A stretch of 64,000 nt of DNA from Podarcis muralis (GCF_964188315.1 NC_135656.1:42408001-42472000), one strand, 5' to 3'. Positions 24,201 through 39,074 are shown, counted from the stretch's first letter. Notes: generated from the letters alone by a model not told the origin. Translations and numbers: made by a program.

Positions 24201-27200
24201 TGTTTTGGCTGCTATTAAATCTAAACTACTGCTGCTAGCGAACTGATTTTATACAACAAATGCATACAAATCTACAAATCGGACAATACCACCCCAGTGC
24301 CCCCCAATTTCTTTACAGTTTACACACAGTTGTTTTGCAGCCTTAAGTGTTGCTGGCAGCCTTCCTCTCAGATGCCAGTCCTTTCATACCATCTTCTGGG
24401 ACTCCAGTGAGTGGACAGTGTCCACTTTCCTCTTTGGACCTGCTGGGCCTTCCCCCTCTCATCTCCTGGCCCTCCTTGTTCAGAAGGCGGTGATTTCCCT
24501 CCACTGAAGCAGAGCCCCCCTCCTCCATTTTCAGGCTGGATCTTCCCAATTTTCAGACTGAGCCCCTTGCAGGTTTCAGACAGATCTTTCCGCAGCTTGC
24601 AGTTTTCAATTATCCCATTTTCCCTCCGAGTTCCTGAGTTCCCATGGCAACTGGAACTACTCAGCAGCCAGCCTTTCACCCTGGGTTAACTTTTAGTTGG
24701 CTACCACTCACACAAAATTCACCACTACATATGCTCTAGATTTGTTCTGCAGAGAAACAGCTTTGGTCAGTTGACATATCCCACAGTATGGCTGTTTCCG
24801 TTTTCTTATTCTTTTTTGCCCAGTGGCGGTGGGGGGAGGCATGTAGTTTGCTCAGACATTCCTTTTCCTTGTCCAATTCCTCTTTGGGCTGTAAGGCCCT
24901 GACTGTTGTCTCAGCCAGTGCCCAGGACTTGCTGTTCAGGCTGGGCAGAAAAGCAAACAGCTTTCTGTGTTGTCATGACAGTGGCAGGCCGGAGGGCTCA
25001 GGGAGGCTGCATTTACAGGGAAGGCTTGTGGAGCTTGGATTGGGAACCCCCTTTTGAAGACTCCAGGACGGCCAGGAATTAGGAAAGGGAGCTATGTGCT
25101 GCTTATGCCACCCCTTTACCTTTACCTATGCCACCCATTGCTATCTTTGTCCCTCTTGGGGTGGGCAGAGAGCGTTTGAATGGGTGGACAGAACTGCTTG
25201 TGGCAATCTGCTGGATCCTGCAAATGAGAATGCGATGTGAAAACCCAGGGAAGTTGAGGGATGAGTTCCCCACCCCAATGTATGTGTGTCAATTCATTAT
25301 AGTTTTATTGTCCTTCCCTCAGTCCTCAGTGGCCACTTGTCCTTGTTTCCTTAGCATGTTCATTTTGTGTGGGCCAATGCAAAGTTCTCCCCATCTGTTC
25401 ATCAGGATATAAGGAGTTGACAGAGATTAGGCTGGAGCAAATGGAAACCGCCCCTATGCGGACGGGGATAACCTAATTTCTCTTGTCTATGCTCTGGTAA
25501 CCTATAGGTTAGATTACTCCAATGTGTTGTACATTGGGCTGCCTCTGAAGACAGTTCAGAAACTTCAGCTGGTGCAGAATTCAGCTTATTACACTGATCC
25601 TGACCTGATTGCGCTGGCTGCCAATTAGGTTTGGGCCCAATTCAAAGTGCTGTTTTTGACCTATAAAGGCTCATGACCGCCATATCTCAAAGAATGCCTG
25701 TGATCGTGATTTGAAACTCTTCTAAGTGTGCCTCCTTCATGAGAGGTCCAGAGGGTGGCAACATGAGATGAATGCTCTCCCCAGGGAGGCTCACCTGCTG
25801 CCTTCGTTACATATTTTTAGGCGCCAGGCAAAAACTTTTCATTATAACCAGGCCTTTGGCTGATTAATGTGTTTGTGGAAGAGGGGTGGTATTAGGTTTT
25901 GTTTCATTAAGTATTTTGTGTTTTTCTTTTGTATTTTTATGTTGTGAATCACCCTGTGATCTTTGGATGAAGTGCAGTGTACAAATTTAATACATAAAAT
26001 AGAATAAATAAACTTCAGGCCACCAGAGGGATGTCCCCAAGCTTTTCTATCTGTCAAGATTGCCCAGCTTCCAAACTCAGGAAACCAGGAATTTTGTTAG
26101 GCCCAAGCTAATACAAAAATTCCACTAGAGTTGTCTAACCAGACCTGCAAAAATTAAAGACTATCACCACACCTCACTGCATATCCCTGAAGAGTCAGAC
26201 AGATAACAGCTAAAGGTTCACTCTCTGCCATCTGAGTCTTGAGCAGAAATATTGTGCAGTAACAGTTGACCAAGAAGGCTACATCACTGGGCTTAGGTTT
26301 CCAGGCATTTCAGAATAAAGAACACTAGAAAATTGAGTGAGGTGGTTTCTGTACAATACATATAAATAATATATAAGAGAGAACCTGTAAAAAGTAGAGA
26401 TAAAAGAATACTGTAGACATGGGAAAAATACAAGGCAGCATAAAACAACAAAACTATCTAACCTAGTCTAATATAAACCCACTTGACCTCACACCACAGG
26501 AACAAACATCACAAACAGGTGCTCAGGCATCAGGAAAAGGTGTGAGGCATGGACTAAAGGAATAGCCCAAACATCTAGCAAATAACATAGCAACCAGACC
26601 AGAAGTTCCCAGCCAATCAGAGCTTAGCTGGCCAGAACCATCCAGTGCTTGAATATGTGCGTTCCCACAGAGGCACAGTTGCTGTTAATTAAGCAGGCGG
26701 CCATATTGGCCTTGAGCTATCAGCCTCAGTTAGATAACACAATTTCATCCTCCTTAATGAGAGCTACATTTCTCACCAGAAACAAGACTGTCCAGTTACC
26801 CAGGGAGGGGGGCAGGTGGCTGCAGAAAGTAAACTTTGATCAATGCCTAAGCAAAATAAAAGCTTTTCTGGACGCTACCCAGTTTGCTTTGAGGCGCTGC
26901 TGGACAGGTGTGGATTCTTGGACCTTGTTGATCATTAATTCTACATAGTTTGCCTGGGCTTCCTGAGGTGGACTAAAATATTTTTGTCTGGTACTAGAAG
27001 ATGAATCAGGGTTTTAAGGAATCTCGTGGGAGTAATATTTGGATAAGGTCAGAAACTACCAGCGACTTTGCCGAATTTAAAGTCTCATTCTTCTAACTAC
27101 TTGAAACTTTCTGAGTTAGAATACATTATTTATCCTTTTCACTAGATAATCAGGCATCTTTAATATACCATTAAATGTGAGATTATTAAGATTCTGTTGG

Positions 27201-30200
27201 AGTTGCTTGATTGGGTATTTGCATACAATTTTTGGACTGCTCCTTCAACCTTTGATCTAGCCTTCTGTTCTGCTTTTGGACAATACTATATATTACAAAA
27301 GAGGGTGTCCAAACCATCAAGTGATAAGTTAGGAACCACAGCCATCTGGACCGTAGCTGTGCCCCGAGGTTGTATGAATTACTCTCAACATAGCAGCTCT
27401 GCTTGAGGGTACAGAACTGACTTGAATGCCATCTGTATAAACATTTTCCCGTCCTTATTTCCCTCGATGTTTTGCAGTGAGACCTGCTGACAAAATCTTA
27501 TATAGGGAGGGGGAAAAGACTTTTCTTAGATCTGCCCGGAATTTACTGGTAAGAGGAAATGGTTGGTTGGAACCTGACAGAAGGCCAATGTTTAAGATAT
27601 CTATTTTCAGCTTGGCAAAGGGTAAGTGTGGGCAGTTAGCAGAATCTGCAGATGACACACACTGATGGAGTAGTTTAGTGTGAGCAACAGGAAGTTGTCT
27701 TCAGTGAATTGTTGCTCAATAGAGGAAAAAGACACGCTCGTGCTAAGCCACTGTGCAGGTTCCTGTGTTGTTTTGCTGTGGCTCCCAATTCCTTGGTGAA
27801 ATGGCAGAAAGGGGTAAAAGGTGGGTCTAACTGCTTGTTGAATTAGTCCGTCACTAGTCCATTGGGCACCAGAATAGCACTTGTGTACATTAGGGATAGC
27901 ATGAGTGGCAGATGTCATCTAGTAAACTCTGTCTGTCTGTCTCTGCTAGATGCCAGCCTGGACTGATTGGAGAGCACTGCCAGTTTCAAGACCCTTGCCA
28001 TCAGTCACCTTGCGCTAATGGGGGATCATGTGAGAGCACTCTGCGAGATGGCACTGTGCACTACCAGTGCACCTGTCCTAAGGGCTTTCGAGGTAAGAAT
28101 ACGCAATGTGGTGAGATGCAGCGTATGTCTTTCTGTAGAAGCTCCACAGGCTTTTCATATTCCTGATAAAGATTGCTTTGCTGGGAGATGGGAATGCACA
28201 TTCTCCAGGGAGGATGGGTCCAGATTGTAGGTGAGAAAATTGACCTTCTGCGGAAGAAGTAACCTTCTAGGTCACTTGGTACATCATCTTCCATTTAGGT
28301 CAAGACTGCTCTCTGTTTGATGCCTGCGCCAGCAAGCCATGTGTCAATGGTGGCCGCTGCACCAACTGGAATGGCCGCTACAACTGTACATGCCCATCAG
28401 GCTACCAGGGCCGCAACTGCCGGAGTGATGTGGATGAATGTCGGGTGCCTGGCCTATGCCAGCATGGGGGTACCTGTATCAACACACCTGGCTCCTTCCA
28501 CTGCCAGTGTCAAGCTGGCTACACAGGGCAGCAGTGTGAGAGCATCTCCACACCTTGCGCTCCCTCTCAGTGTCTCAACGGCGGCACTTGCCGTCAGACA
28601 GGGGAACTCAGCTACGAGTGTGCTTGCTTACCTGGTGAGTGAACAATTTGCAAAGTGTACCTTTGCTTGTACCTTCTGTAAGGGAGTGGGATGGAGTACT
28701 AGGCAGGTAGATTTTAGAGTGGGACAATCCCTCAGGGCAGCTGGGCGTAGAGTTACACTTGGGACTCAAGCTTGACCCTTTTCTCTGGCTACACCGTGGC
28801 ATGCTTCCCTATTCTCCTGTCAGGAAGCTCATGGGAAGCTGTTGAGCGCTTTGGTGGAGCAGGAAGGAAACAATCTAGGCAGTGGGAGGAGGCGGGGGAC
28901 TTGGCAGCCAGCACATGTGGCTTTGACTGCAGGAGCCAGAGTGTAGTGGAAGGCTCAGCTAATTCTTCTTCCTTGTTCTAGTCAGAGATTTGGAACAAGA
29001 GTAGAGCTTAGAATAGAGGAGGGGCGCTGCCTTGCTCAGGGGCTCAGTGTGACTCTGTGGTGTTTACCAAGCCTTGTCAAGCTTGAAACTGTCCCCCTGT
29101 GGCCAATGGAATTGACACCTAGGAAAGTGTGCAAAAGATTACAACCCATAGTTGCACATTAGGGATGGAATGGTGGGTTGTTGGGAGGATTTTTCTTTCT
29201 CTACTAGCAACAGTTTTCCCACCGTTACTGGCTGGGCTAAAATACCCCTTTCTTCCTTTTCAGGCTTCAAGGGACACAACTGTGAGATTAACATAGATGA
29301 TTGCCCAGGCCACATGTGCATGAATGGAGGCACTTGTGTGGATGGCGTCAACACTTACAACTGCCAGTGTCCCCCAGAGTGGACAGGTACTGCATTGTTA
29401 TTGGTCCAGGAACCAGAATGTGATTGGAACAGCCTAGGATTTTAAGGGCCTTAATGGGAAATGTAGGGAGCTATCTAGGATTTGGGCAGAGGTGGGAAAT
29501 GTTCTTTTCTTCTCTATACAGCGTTAACTTAATATTAGCCTCTAAGTCAGGAAGGCCAACTGTTTTAGAGAATGAGTTGAGAAATATTACCTTATTGTAG
29601 TTTGGGAAAACACTGGCTTTAATCTGGCTCGGTGCATGGTGGGCAAAGGAAAGGGCAACTCAGGGCTGCGAGTGTGGAGGTATTAGGGTGCATGGGGGAA
29701 GGAGAGGTGCTGCTGCAGCTGTTAGGCCATCCCTGATGAGAAGGTCTTTTAGTGAACTAAGCCCCACCTTCTTTGCACTGTAGGCCAGCACTGCAATGAG
29801 GATGTGGATGAATGCCAGCTGCAACCCAACGCCTGCCACAATGGAGGCACTTGCTTCAATACCAATGGGGGGCATTCATGCGTTTGTGTCAACGGCTGGA
29901 CAGGGGAGAGCTGCAGTGAGAACATTGATGACTGTCAGACAGCGGTCTGCTTCCATGGTGCTACCTGCCATGACCGTGTGGCTTCCTTCTACTGCGCATG
30001 TCCTATGGGCAAGACAGGTAACTGGCTCCTACCTTGCATAATGTGTCCACATCATATGTTTTTATTCTGGCTAACTGGTTTGGGCAGAATTTTTGAAGGG
30101 TTTGGTCAGTGTAAAAAGAATGGAGTGGATTAAAGGGATATTGGATAACAAGGATAGGGTGTTAATCAGAAATGGAAGGACATTGCTGAACATGAACAAC

Positions 30201-33200
30201 ATATGGAAATTGATACCCCTTGTCCATAAATTCCATCCCATTCCCTACAGTCCTCCTGTTTTGCTGTCAAGTGATTGCCTTTCATGGCCCTTTCTCTTCC
30301 AGGCCTTCTTTGTCACTTGGACGATGCCTGTGTCAGTAACCCTTGCCATGAGGATGCCATTTGTGACACCAACCCAATGAATGGCCGTGCCATCTGCACA
30401 TGCCCACCAGGTTTTACCGGAGGGGCCTGCGACCAGGATGTGGATGAGTGCTCCATTGGTAAGACAGCTGCACCCTTCTTTTGCAATTCCAAAAGGTGGA
30501 GGAAGGAGGACTGCCTCTCTAGCATGTGAGAGGGGTCACTGAGATGGACTTTTGCCAGCTCTTTGGGTTGGGCTATTGACAAGTAAAGCACTTATGAGAA
30601 GGATCAGTTTCTGCTGGCATGCCTTTCTCGTTCCTTGTCTGGATTTATCCCTTAAGTCAGGGATGCACAACCTGCGGCCCTCCACATGTTGTTAGACTAC
30701 ACCTCCCATTATCCCTGATCACTGGCTATGTTGGCTGGGGCTGGTGGGAGTTGTAGTCCAAAAACATTTGGAGGTTCGCAGGTTACGCACCCCTGCCTTA
30801 AGTGAAGGCAGAGAAGAAGTAATTTTGAACCAGCCATGTTCACTTAATGCACATTTGCTTTCTCCAGGAGCCAATCCATGTGAGCATTTTGGAAAGTGTG
30901 TGAACACGCAAGGCTCCTTCCGGTGTGAGTGTGGACGTGGCTACACAGGTCCCCGCTGTGAGACAGACATCAATGAGTGCCTCTCCATGCCTTGCCAGAA
31001 TGATGCTACCTGCCTTGATCGCATTGGCGAGTTTACCTGCATCTGCATGTCAGGTGAGTTTCCTGGCTCTGGGGAGCAGAGTGCCCATCCTATCCAGGAC
31101 TGTATCTTGGGTAGCATGAGATGTGGGGAGAGAAGAGGTAGGCGACTGGATATGCAAGAATTGAGGTACAATTCCCTGCTAAGTACGGGCTTCCTGAGTG
31201 GGCTTAGATAAGTCACTTTCTTATTTCAATTTGCTTTTAAAAGTGAAAATGTCAGCGACCTGTTTCAGAGCTGTTGTGAAGCTCTGTGTAAAGTGTAGAT
31301 CATTCAAAAAATAGTATGTAAATAATTGTAGAGCAGCCTCTGCTCTTGGGCTCCCAGAAGCTTCCTGTCCCAATTACAGTGGTACCTCGGGTTAAGAACT
31401 TAATTCGTTCCGGAGGTCTGTTCTTAATCTGAAACTGTTCTTAACCTGAAGCACCACTTTAGCTAATGGGGCCTCCTGCTGCCGCTGCGCTGCTGCTGCA
31501 TGATTTCTGTTCTCATCCTGAGGTAAAGTTCTTAACCCGAGGTACAGTGGTGCCTCGCAAGACGAAAATAATCCGTTCGGCGAGTCTCTTCGTCTAGCGG
31601 TTTTTTCGTCTTGCGAAGCAACCCGATTAGCGCTATTAGCGGTTTAGCAGCTTAGCAGCTATTAAGGCTTAGCGGCTAAAAGGCTATTAGCGGCTTAGCG
31701 GCTTAGAAAAAGGGGGGGAAAGCGGAAAAAAATCGCAAGACTCGCAAGACGTTTTCATCTTGCGAAGCAAGCCCATAGGGAAAATCGTCTTGCGAAGCAA
31801 CTCAAAAACGGAAAAGCCTTTCGTCTAGCAGGTTTTTCGTCTTGCGAGGCATTTGTCTTGCGGGGCACCACTGTACTATTTCTGGGTTAGTGGAGTCTGT
31901 AACCTGAAGCGTCTGTAACCCAAGGTACCACTGTATCTTGTCTGCCAGGTGTTAGCATACCTGACTGATCTACACTGGGGCTCTGTGGAGTGGCTTTCTT
32001 TTTGCTCTTCACATGTTCTAGACACTTGAGACAGGAGGTGCCTCTCAGACTATGACACTTCCATGTCTCGTTGGCTGTGCCTGTTCTTTTTTGAGTATAT
32101 CAGCAGGAAGTTTCTTTCACGCTGCCTGCTCCTCTTAGGCCTGGATTCTTCAGTATGTGGGTGGTATTCTCCAAACTAAGAGATGCGCGTGAGCAGGGGG
32201 GATACAATAGTTAGATTGGTATGAGACTTCTTGTGGGGATAGCCACAAGGTATAGCAGTCTAACCTGCACCTTTCCCTGCTAGATTCCAGGCTTTGTATT
32301 CCCCACAGTTACAAAGCAAGAACATGTTTGGTTTGTACTTTCAGTAGAGCTGGCAAATACAGATTCAGGAGAAGGGCCCAGAAAGGTGCAGGAAGCTAGA
32401 TATTATTGTGAATAGTGGAGACTTTGTCCAGGGTCCCTGGAGAAGTATTCTGCTGTTTCATCCCCCCCGCCCCCTGCCCCCAAATGGCATTGCAATTCTG
32501 TGGGCTTGGGATGAGGAACAAGCCGAGATCCTTAGAAGCGGTTTGGTGGCTGAAGAAAGCATATACATATGGAGGAATCCCTGGAAAGTGAGGGATGACT
32601 ATACAGCTGTCCCTCCTCCCATTGTGGCAGAGCTATAGGACTGGGGTGCTGGGTAAATCGATACAATGTTCATACAGACAGTGGGAGTGCAGCATTGTGC
32701 TTGGAATATTAATGGTGGGGCCGGCCTGGCGGGTGATGTGAATTGACTGTGCTTTGTGTTTCCGTTACCCCATATAGGGAGGAACATTCTCCTTGCTTGC
32801 TCACTCATTGGTTAATGCTGGCTTTTTGTAAAAAAAATAAAAAAAAAAATCTGGGGGAGGGGTGGGTCCTGCTAGCTGAGAATGGCTTTGGTCTAGGGGC
32901 TAGAGAACTTTGTTTTAGTGTTGCACTACTGTGCTTAACCCAGTATCGCTGCATTCTGGAGTCATTTCCCCCAGGATCAGGATGGAGCAAGAGGTTTGTC
33001 GTATCGCCTAGATATTTGGCAAGCAGCTCCAAAAATTAGGAGCCCAGCACACAGTGGAGTGCCTCTCCTACAAAATCACCCTCCCAAAGCGGAACCAGGA
33101 AATCTTAAAAAGTTTTTGACTGGGACATGGAGTGTTATTTTGAATGCTCTTCTACTACTTGGTTGGAAAACAGTTTTGGAAAGCAAGTTTTTTTTTTGTG

Positions 33201-36200
33201 TAGCCCCAGTTCTTGAAACCCAAATCAGCATTTGCACTAGTGTGTCATCTCTGACTCCTGTTACTCCTGCAGTCCTCACAGTTCTTGAAACTCAGCTCCT
33301 CTCCCTACTGCTAGCCTCACTTCTTCAATTCCATTCATTGAGACAAAGTGTTGCACCAGACACACATAACCAAACTGTTCCAAGCATAGCTGTCAACTTT
33401 TCCCTTTTCTTGCGAGGAATCCTATTCAGAATAAGGGAATTTCCCTCTAAAAAAGGGAAACATTGACAGCTATGGTTCCAAGCTCCTCCACATAGCCTCA
33501 GCTCTCCTCCTTTTTTATGGTGTAAGCTCCAGAGCTACATCACCCTCCCATTCCTCCTTTGTCACTGGAACTTCCTCTCACAATTCCCAGCTTTGTTTAT
33601 TTTATCTGTTGAGAGAAGCAGAGTATTCAATTCTCCCCCCACTGTTCTCTCCCTCTTTCTTTTCCATCCCGTCATTTCCTGCCAAGGAGCTTCTTACTTT
33701 CCCATTCCTTTTTCCCAATGTGGATGGAATAAGCAAAGGGGTGTGGGCATATTTTTTATGTCAGAGTTGCCTACCCTGTAGCTTTCCAGGTGTTGTTGTA
33801 TTCTAACTCCCTTCAGCACCAGCCAGGATGGGCCATGGTAAGAGATTATGGGAGTTGCAGTCCAGCAACATCTGGAAGACCAAAGGTTCTCCACCCTTCC
33901 TTTCTACACAGTATCAAAGGCAAGAAGATTCTCTGCCTCAAGGATACTTGGAGGAAGTGAGCTATGTAGGGTTATTGAGTCACAACCATTTTAGTTTTTT
34001 CTCTACTACCCCCAAGGATTTGGGAAACCTGGCTCTGGTGAGCTAGAACTACGAGATTAGAAGCTGCCTTCACTCTTGGCATTTCCCCCTTGCATAGAGA
34101 TTTCTCTCCAAATTGGAAACAGGAGTTTCCTCCCACAAAACGCTGCATTCTCTTACCACCCCCTCAGAGATGAAGATACAGGCAAACTCCTGGAGACAGT
34201 TCCCATTAAAAAGGTTCATATGGAGACAAATTTAAGTGCCTTCTTACGTGAGAAAATTATGCCCCTCCTGTCTCCCCTTTGGCAGGAAGAGTAGCTTAAG
34301 GGAGTGGAGATGGCGTCTCAGCCAGGAGCTGAGACTGATACTATAAGGCTGTAGCAGCTCAGACCCTCTATGAGTAGTCAAGGAAAGTGGGGGTGGGCCT
34401 TGATTATTTCCTCAGTGCTGCTTGCCAGCAAACTATTCATCGGAGAAGCAGACTTCACTGTTTTTATTACAGTGGCGAAGGGCTGGGAATAGCAAAGCCT
34501 GGAGGCTTAGTCATGCAATTCTGTGCCTTTATAGCTGCAAGGATTCCTTGGAGCATGTGTACACAGACCAGCAGTTGGGCAAATTCAGGATGGTCATTCC
34601 TCTATTGACCAGAGCCTGCTTAACCCCCTTGCCTAGAGAATCAGGATACCGTTGTGCTAACCTTATGCATGGCATGTCCAGTGCCTCACTTTTGCTCCTT
34701 TCTGTTATGGCTGCCTTTCTCACCTCCACAGCGAGACGGAGGACTCATACCTCAGCTGTACAACACATTCTTTGCAGAAGTGGTCAGTCTTTGGTTAATA
34801 GACAGTCTTAGTCAAAAGAGCAGTCCCTAAACATCTTAGAAAGTGCGGCTAGTCCTGAGTAGATCATACTGGGTTAGATGGACCTACAGCCTCACTTGGT
34901 ATAAGATAGCTCCGGATGTGTATTTTTGCACCCATAATTTCTGTGTGCATTAACTGCTTTATTTATTTTGTAATTGCATATTTTATTGTTGTTAATCTAC
35001 CCTGGGAACTTTAGATAAAGAGCAGGTAATAAATTTAATAAAATAAATAAATAATAATGTGCCTGGTGTACTCCCCCCCCCCCCAATCCTTTTTTATTTC
35101 CTTTTCTACCACTGGTTCCAGCTGCTGGCTGTATTTTCATCTGTTCTTTGTGTTCCTGCAGTTCTCTTATCAGGAACACGTAAGCAACTTGACTGTCGAG
35201 CCAAGTATTATCTACTCTTAAGTGGAAGCGGGGATTTTAGGCAGAGGTCTTTCACATCCCCTGCTTCCTGATTCTTTTAACCTGAAGATGCCAGGGGTTG
35301 ATCCTGGGATCTTCAGCATGCAAAACATGTGGCCCATCACTGAGCTGTCGTGACACGGAAGGAGTGGGAACAGAACTTCTGCTTAATTGAAAATGGAATA
35401 AGCTCGGCAGTTGCACAGATTATATAAACATTGCTTTGGATTAGTTGAACCAACACATGATCAAGTTTGATGCATAGCATGCTTACTCCACCATCAGTAA
35501 AAGTGGCAACAGCTTACTTAAGACAGTTGTGTTAGGATAGGTGCTGTATGTACCATGATGGTAAAGTGAGGATGTGGGGAAATAATGGAGAGGAAGGAAT
35601 GGGATGCAGGGAGACTTGTAGGGACAGCAAAGATGGAGTTGGAGTTTGGGGGGAATTTCCCCCCCTTCTTACTACTAGATAGGCCTTAAACTGTCTGTCT
35701 GATCATTTTCACCTCTTAAAGTTAGTAACTATAAGGAACCAGCTTTAAAAATAGGGATTTTGTTTTTAATGCCTTGTATTTGAAGCGAAACGCTGTTATT
35801 TATTGTGCACCTTTGCCATGTAATAATAAGCTAGCATTCCTAGGTGTGAGCCTGCCAGCATGAGATGGACCCCTTTGTCTCACTGTGGTTGTGGTGCTAC
35901 AGTGATGGACACATGGGTGAGTCTAATCATTGTAATAACAAATGGTTCCTCTTGGTTGCAGGTTTCAGTGGCACTTACTGTGAGATCAACATCAACGAGT
36001 GTGAGAGTAATCCCTGTGTCAATGGTGGCGTCTGTAAGGATATTGTCAATGGATTCAGCTGTACCTGTCCCTCCGGTAAGCCAACAACTTTTTCCAGCAA
36101 GGAGATAAATGGCACTGCATCGTTCTCTTACCTGTCCTCCCTGCTTGGCATAGCACAGGTGAACTTGAGCCTGTTCCCCTACAGGGCACCTTCTCTGGCC

Positions 36201-39032
36201 TCTTAAAATAGTTTGCATGTTTGTGTGTATCTGAAACCTGCCCAGACCTTACTTTGATAAAGCTGGCGAGCATCTGCCCTGTTTGTAAGGAGCCTTGCTT
36301 TCATCCCTTCTCCTGATGTTAGGAAATGTCTGCCCCTTGTGTGAATTCAGCTGAATTTGAGTCTCTTAAGTTGAGCTGTGCTGTAGTTTTTCATGAGCTC
36401 ACATTGCCCCTTGTGCTTCCTCTCATCCCTTGCACTGTGGTACAGTTTGTGTAAGTTTTCTTTGCTGAGCTAGGAGTCCAGCTTGGAGAATTCTTTGTCA
36501 GTGTATGGGATGCAACTGTAGCCCTAAGGAGAGTGTGTTCAGCTCATTCCCCAGGACTTGCTCCGCTTTTCTGCTACCAAGCGGGTGGGGGGCCCTGTCC
36601 TCCATTCAGTTGCTTCCAGGGCTGATTGACAGACAGGCCTATAGCTTGCTGTGTGGGAGCTGGGACAATGGTATCTTTGTTCCCCCAGCCTGTCGCACAG
36701 GCCCCTGAACCCAATTTACATGTGGGGCAGACACCGCAAAGCCCCCTGTGGAGAGGAGGGGGAGAGAACATTGAGAGCCTTTGCTATAGGCCTCTGGTGG
36801 TAGGGCTGTGCTGTGCAACCAGGATGAAGTTTGAGGACTCCTGTCCCACATAATTTATCCTCCCAATGCGAACCTGTTTTCTCTTTATCTGGAGCTTTCA
36901 GTCCAAACTATCATTTTATTCGAGGCTTGCTCTAACTGTGTACCCACTCCAGACACTTAGCTTGAGAACGAGTATACACTCAATTCTTTTGCCAGCCTAG
37001 CTTGTGCCCTTTTCAGACATACTTATAAAGTCCTCTGTTACCTCTAACAGCTGGGAACTTCCAAGTACACAAGCTTTTTTCACTCAGCTCTATGTGAAAC
37101 CCAGCTAGGGAACAAGAGGTGCTATACATATAGTGCCTCCACTCTTCCACTGCAGCACTGAGTGTCCATTTCCCTGCTCCTTTTTATATATAGCGCAGAT
37201 GTTAGTGTAAGATTCTCATCCATCAGAGGGGATAACAACAAGTGTTCTTTCTGTGTGTGTTGTTTGGATCTTCTCTTGTGTATATTGGGTGAAATGCAAC
37301 ACGTATGTTAATGTTGCCAGATTGAGTGCATGTTCCTCATTTTGTTGGTCCATCTGGTTTGTTTGACTACTTTTTCTTTCTGGGTTCAGGCTTCTCAGGC
37401 TCCATGTGCCAGATTGACATCGATGAGTGTGCCAGCACACCATGCCAGAATGGTGCAAAGTGTGTGGACCGGCCCAATGCCTACGAGTGCCGTTGTACAG
37501 AAGGTAATTGCTCTCTGCAATGAGTTATTGCCTTCCATGCTCTTCTGTGCTGCTGGAGAGGGAATTGTTTCAAATCATGAGGATGTTGTGATGACGACTG
37601 CACAAGGATTATTAGAATCTGATGCAGTTGAGAGAAAATTTCCCCCAAAACATCCTTTACATCTGCCTTTCGTGGGTGCCATATTTGAAAAGCCTGGGCT
37701 GGGTGTGATGTGAGCTTTCTTCCCAATCCATGGTCCTTCATCTGTGAGCATCTTTTAGGGACGGTGTCAAATTACTTTCTAACTTTGGTATCAAGCCTTC
37801 AGCAAAATAACTTCTCTATTCCTGATTCCCAGATAGTTGTGAAAGATCAAGATCAAATTGATGCTTGCGGGGGTTCTGTTTTATTTCCTTTTAGATGATG
37901 TTGGTTTAAAGATGAGGACAGAATTTAACACCATGAAATTCCCAAGGAAGCTTATTGTGTTCTGAAACCTAGTGGTGCACAGTGCATGCCACAACACATC
38001 ATAAAGAGAACTAATATTCCCACAAATGAAAGGAAATAGACTTGGGAGAGTAGGATTTTTTTAACAGACTGCAAGAAACTCCTACACAGAACGGCTTTTA
38101 GGATAAGGGGAAAGGAAGCCAAATTAGTGCACACAGTTCATTCACATTGTGGAATGGAGAAAGGAGGGTTAGGTTACTCCTCATTTTTTGTTGAGTTTCT
38201 TAATTGATGTATCTAACTTGCTTGATAAACATGAAGTGGCATCACTTCTCAGTTGCTCAGACACTTAAAAAAGGACAGTAGATGCATATCTGATTGGCTT
38301 ACAAAACAATGACTCTCAGTTTGAAAATTACAGTGTTTTTAACACAAGCAGTTTTAAATAAAAGTAAAACAGAGAACTAACAGTAGTTGTGGAAAAAAAT
38401 AAATGTTTTGCTTGCTACATTTGGGTGTTTGGATGCATCTTTTCAGATAAATAGTAGTTTAGGAAACATTGGGCTTTTCTAACGTATTAGATAAAAGTAT
38501 CTGGATGGACCTAAAAGTTATGAAAATGGAAGGGAGGGGAAAACCTTTCCCCAGTCCGCTGTGTGCATGAATTGCTACGATGCTGATGCTGATTTCCCCT
38601 CTCGCTTACAGGTTTTGAGGGGCCTTTGTGTGAAAGGAACATTGACGACTGCTTTCCAGATCCCTGCCACCATGGCACTTGTGTGGATGGCATTGCTAGT
38701 TTCACCTGCACTTGTGCAGCTGGTTACACTGGATACCGCTGTGAGAACCAGATCAATGAGTGCCACAGCAATCCCTGTCAGCATGGCGGCAAGTGCATTG
38801 ACCTGGTGAATAAGTACCTGTGCCACTGCTTGCAGGGGACCTCAGGTAGGGCATCCCTCCTTGCTCTCTTTCTCTGCTTGCTCTCATTCCTTACATCTCC
38901 CAGTCCTATCCAGCAGCACCACACTTTTCAGTTATTTTCTTAGAAAAATGTATAGACTGCTTAATCAGAAAACCCTCGTAAGTTGTGTATATAATAAAGT
39001 TATCAATAAAGACACAAGATAAAAATCAGCAA

Positions 39033-39074
<42 letters not shown>

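Noticed and set aside
32996-33466. 156-aa hydrophobic ORF in intron 8
   Set aside because: Starts at a non-ATG codon, reflects pyrimidine-rich intron composition, and has no family match.
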